Shown here: positions 55,291 to 64,000 of the stretch, in pieces | Layout: every line of letters begins with the position of its first letter | Numbering within the stretch: the first letter of the stretch is position 1 | Assembly (NCBI RefSeq): GCF_011386835.1 | Contig: NC_088810.1 | Location: 17,856,001 to 17,920,000 of the forward strand | Reading direction: 5' to 3' | Source: Chrysemys picta bellii | Lineage: Eukaryota | Length of the DNA stretch: 64,000 nucleotides | Position numbers and translations under genes: made by a program | Notes under the pieces: generated by a model | Database searches by the model: none | What the model saw: the letters and a program-made list of their open reading frames with translations, nothing else | What the model was told of the DNA's origin: nothing

Positions 55291-56789
55291 CTCCCCCCCG
55301 CCCACCGGCCGCCATGGAGATGGGGTAAGTGGGGTGCAGGAGCGGGGGGAGGGGAACACCCTGACATTAGCCCCCCTCTTCCCCCCTCCCCCACAACAGC
55401 AAGCAGGAGGTTCCCGGGAGCAGCTCCAAGTCAGAGGGCAGGAGCAGCACATGGCAGTGGCGGGAGGAACAGCTGAATTGCCGGCAACTTAGGAGAGCGG
55501 GGAGCTGATGGGGGGCTGCCGGTCCGCCCTGGTTCCAAGCTCCCAGAAGCTAGCTGCAACCGGCTGCTCTTCCTGCAAGCAGTGGACAAAGCAGGTGGCT
55601 GCCAAACAACCTTATTGCACAACTTTAACCAAACATGTTCCCTAATTGATCAGGAACGTAACAACGATAACCGGGATGACTTTAAGTGAGGAGTTACTGT
55701 ATTACTAAATTGGTAACCCTACTCACATCCCACCTAAGCCCTCAAAAGATGGGGTGCCCCAGCTCCCACTACCCCAGCATGGGATCCCCTCGACTGCTCC
55801 ATCTCACCAGTTCCCTCTCTCCTTTGCCTTCCAGAGTGAAGGGGTGAAGGGAGTGGTGGAAGGAGGGGCTGGAAGGCAGGAAGGAAGCAGAGGAAATAAA
55901 TGGAGGATGGGGTAGATGGAATGGGGGAGGTGTAGAGCAGGAAGCGGGAGGTCTGGGTGAGTGGGGACTGTCCTCATAGATTTTAATCTTCATTTCCGTC
56001 AACCATTGAACGGTGGGGTAGGGAATTGCTATGCCCCCCTGCTGAGAGCAGGGGTCCCCTGGGGAGGGATGCCACCCCCTGGGAACAGGTGCCCCCAAGG
56101 TGCGTACAGCAGTCACCAGCACGTTGCCGTTACAGCAGTGGGGAGGAACTGGTTAAACCAGTCCTGACCCCCAGAGCCCCTCATTTGGGGCAGGGTTAAG
56201 CACAGTTCTGCTCCCCTTCATTCATACCATAATGACAACACATGGATAACAGCATTTCCCCACCCTGCATTCAGTACTAAAGTGATTTGTAACCCAACAT
56301 CAGCCAAAGTTGATTATTTTGAGCAACACTGTTCTATGTGTTGGATATCTAAGCAGAGTAGGTGTGTTCATGTTCACTGCCTTGCTGTGTGAGCTTGGGC
56401 AAATTGCTTCCCTGATCGGTGCCTCAGTTTCCCCCTGCCCTTTGTCTGTCTTGTCTATTTAGCTTGTGAGCTCAGGGAGGCAGGCTCTGTTTTTCCCTCT
56501 GTGTTCATGCAGAACCCTGCACAACAGGGCCCTGATCTCAGCTGGGATCTCTAGGTTTTACCATTATACTGATGATCACTTAAACCCCAAAAGGGAGGTC
56601 CCAGCGACTGTTTGCCCCTGTCTGAGCTTTTGAAAATGTTGACGCTACTAGTTTATTTTTTAACTCTCCAAATCATGTGCTGTAGGGTCTGGGAAGGGAA
56701 GGAAAAACACCTGATTTTAGTGCTCCGGGGCTGGGGACTGAAAATCAGCCTGTAGCCGTAGTTAACATCCCTAGTTTGATACAGTCACA

Positions 56790-57013
56790 GTAAAGGGAAA
56801 CAGGAGGTCCTGCCATTTCCTCATTCACAGTCCCATGTGATGAGTCTGGCAGGGCAAATCGAACTCCTTCTTCTTGGCATGCAGTCAGAGCAGGAAGGGT
56901 GTTGGGTTCACTCAGGAGCCAACCTTGGGAGGAGAATTTAGGGGAATTCTTGCTCCCTGCTGATCAGTTCAGGATTCCTGCCTAGAAATCTCCACTGGGT
57001 GAACTCCCATCAG
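56790..57013 (+). promoter_or_regulatory. CTSS: Probable CTSS copy 2 promoter and non-coding exon 1
   Basis: AAAGGGAAAC 56792-56801, TTTCCTC ~56816, CATGTGA 56834-56840, donor CAG|GTATGT at 57013/57014. Confidence 0.6.
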
Positions 57014-57997
57014 GTATGTTTGGCTTTTTCTTTTTCCCCTTGTACTTTAAATCTCCTCTTTGTCATGTTTGGAACAATGTGTTTGAGGAAGTAAAATCAA
57101 GAAATGGCGTTTTGTATTTTGCTTGTAGAGAGTTTGCATCTGCAGACACCCGCGTGTATCAGTCTTGTCTTTCTATCCCCATATAAACCTCTCTCTCTTC
57201 CAATAACGCCCTCTATCTATTCAACACCCTCTCTCTCACTCGCCATACACCCTCTCTATCTATCTATTCTCATACTCTCTCTCTGTCTTTCTAGCCCCAT
57301 ACACCCCTCCGTATTCCTTTCTAGGCTGGAGTGTTCAGAGGAACCTAGGGGAGTTAGGTGAGAGTCAATGGGATTTGGGTGCCGAACTCCCTTGAAAACG
57401 GCTTGAGCTCCTTTGAAAACCCAAGTCCTCTTCACCTAAATCCCTCTGGGCCAGATCCTCAGCTGGTGTAAATCTGCTTCGCTCTAGTGACCACAATGGA
57501 GCGATATCAGTTTACACCAGCTAGGGATCAAACTCATTGACCTCAGTGAAGCTACATCAATTCCCACCCCAGCTGGGAACGTCTCTGACTTTCGCTAGCT
57601 CTATCCCTCCCTCCCACCCCGGATCACCTTATCCCAGGCTCTGATGCCCATGGCCAGGTCCAAGATCCAGTTCAGGAGCTGTAGAAGTAGCCAGGTGATA
57701 TTATCCATTGACCCAGCTCTGTTTTCCTTTCAAGTCTGTTGTTGTCGTATGAGGTTCCAGGAAGCCCCTTCCCCTGCCCCATCGCCCCAAAGAGGGACAA
57801 GCGTGTGAGAGCGGCTGCAGGATCAGGGTTTGCTTCTTGACACTTTGCTCATGGCAGAGAGAGAGGAGAAATCTCAGCAAGTCAGTGTCAGATCTCTTGC
57901 ACCATCACTGAGTGGAGGAAATTGAGACACTTGACTTAACCATGCAGATATTATCTCTCACCAGCGTGCTCTCTTTCCGCCCCCCCAGCTGAGCAGA

Positions 57998-62150
<4,153 letters not shown>

Positions 62151-64000
62151 TGATGCCTTTGCTTTCTGTGGACTCTCCCCGCCCTCGCTCCACCTCTTCC
62201 CACTCCCCGCTCCATCCTCTCCCCCGAGACCCCGTCCTGCTCACTGCTCTCTGCCCTCCCCAAGTGCCTCCCCTAGCTGCCGAACAGCTGATCAGTGATG
62301 CCTTCGGCAGTGCCACCCATCATGTGTGGCTGGTGGGTGCTGAGCACCCACTATTTTTTTCAAAGGGTGCTCCAGCCCCCCAGCATCTGGCCACAGGATA
62401 AAAGCCTACTACTGCTAGAAGCTAATGTCTCTTGTCTTATACGTAGGATATGTCTATACTGCATACTGGTGGTGGTGGCGTGCAGGGTAGGTGTAGCTAC
62501 ACACGGTAGTGAAAAGCAGCCTGTGTCCGCACTGCGCTGTGTAGCTTTGCACAGCAGTGGAAGGTTCTGGTGCTGAAGGCAGTGGGAGCTGTCAGAGATT
62601 TTCCCCACGACCTCCTGCTGCTGGAGTCTTTCCCTGTGGCAGAAAAAAGCCACAACAGCGGGGCAATAGTGACATATGACACTGCTAAAAATAGCAGTGT
62701 AGATGCGGTAGGCCCTGGTTGGGCCTTTAGAGAGCCGTGTAGGGCATATACCCTAAGGCTTCAGGTGTGTCTTTACTCCCCTAAGCCGTTTACACCTTTG
62801 TTTATACCTGTTTGGAGTGTGTGTGGAGTGTGTATAGTCTATACGCTGCCATAAAGAGTGTGCAGTGTGGACATACCCTTAGATTGGAAGCTCTTTGGGG
62901 CAGGGATGATCTTTTTGTTCCACGTTTTGTACAGCACCTAGCGCAATGGGGCCCTGGACTATGTCTGGGTCTGGCAGGTGCTCCTGTAACACAGATTAAA
63001 GGTAGTTCAATTGCTAAAGGCCCCAGGTTCAATTCCTGCTGATGTCTTAATGTGTGTCATTAAAATAGCACCCCAGTTTGGACCCTTCACTCATGTTAAT
63101 GTAATGTTAGTGTGCCGGGGTGAGCAGCGGAGAGCGAACGTGGGACTTCTGAATCTTAACGCAAACCTTTCCTGCATGCTCTGAAAGACCCAACCTCTTC
63201 TAACCAAGGCTGTGGTAGGCTCATCAACCTTTCTGTGGCCCAGGCACCACTAGAGGGGGACAGAATGCCCCACTGAGTGGGCGTGGCTTACATTAACCTG
63301 GGCTTTTTTTAATTAGTTTTGACTGCGGCACCAAACTCAGCCCAGGGCGGCTCTAAAATGGCCGTTCAGCCCAGTTCTGGGGTTGAGGTGGCTCCTGGCA
63401 TAATTTAGGCAGCCTTGGATGGTGCATAAATTATGGCAAACTCCCAAGCGCCAGACAGAATTGCTGTAGACCCTAACGCTGGCTGGCTGGCATGTCCCCT
63501 AGGCCAGAGCTTTCGGGAGGGGGCCTCCTAAGACAGCTTGTGACTGTCTTACTCGGTTCCTGTGCTGGGGGAATTCTGGATTTGGGGCTTTTAAGGAACA
63601 TTGTGGGGGGACCGTAGCGGGAGGAAGATCCCTTCCCGGGTGTTTATGGGAGTTGGGATACTGAAATAACTCACGGGATGGGTGGGGTAATGGAGCCTTT
63701 CAATGATTGTACAGGCCATGGAAATTAAACTTCCCAGTGGACAGTGCGCTGGACTGGGGCTTAGGAGAGCTGGGTTCTAGCCCGAGGGCAAGTCACTGCC
63801 TACTCTGTGCCTCAGTTTCCCCAATGGGAGATAATGAGACTGACCTGCTTTGGGATCTACTGATGAAAAGAGTGAGGGATTGTTATTCTTACCCCCTTAC
63901 AGGGGACCAGGTTAGAGGCATGTTGGTACCATGTGGGTGCTGTTGCTCACAACAACTTTATTGAGCAGAGAAGTCCCTGCTGGGTTTTTTTCTCCCACGT

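Larger units (their letters stand above)
53412..55699 (-). mobile_element. Tigger-like element (same family as 30540-31912, inverted) hosting two nested MITEs
   Basis: TIRs CAGTAACTCATCGCTTAA / TTAAGTGAGGAGTTACTG with TA flanks. Confidence 0.88.

Overview
Eukaryotic (vertebrate) genomic DNA, most likely turtle: it carries a tortoise-type tRNA-headed SINE with a CR1 tail, turtle-type CR1 LINEs and abundant hAT, Tigger and Harbinger MITEs. All three genes are on the + strand and encode papain-family cysteine cathepsins. CTSK is complete: a probable short first exon ends at 8063 and coding exons span 10071-18448. It is followed by two tandem copies of CTSS. Copy 1 is complete (ATG 41202 to TAG 50690, 331 aa). 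Copy 2 starts at ATG 57998, exons 2-6 are in the window, and exon 7 should begin about 25 nt past the window end. The main observation concerns the two CTSS paralogs. Exons 2-4 (mostly prepro region) differ at only 7 of 405 nt, while catalytic-domain exons 5-6 differ at about 42 of 388 nt. Copy 1 keeps the Q19/C25/H159/N175 catalytic residues but has replaced the near-invariant S1-flanking glycines (G23S, G65D; papain numbering) and remodelled the S2 pocket (M133, P157). This points to a cathepsin S-derived protease with altered specificity. The rest of the window is transposon-derived, including several nested insertions with intact target-site duplications (TSDs). No CRISPR array, rRNA or true tRNA gene was found. 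All alignments and counts were done by eye.
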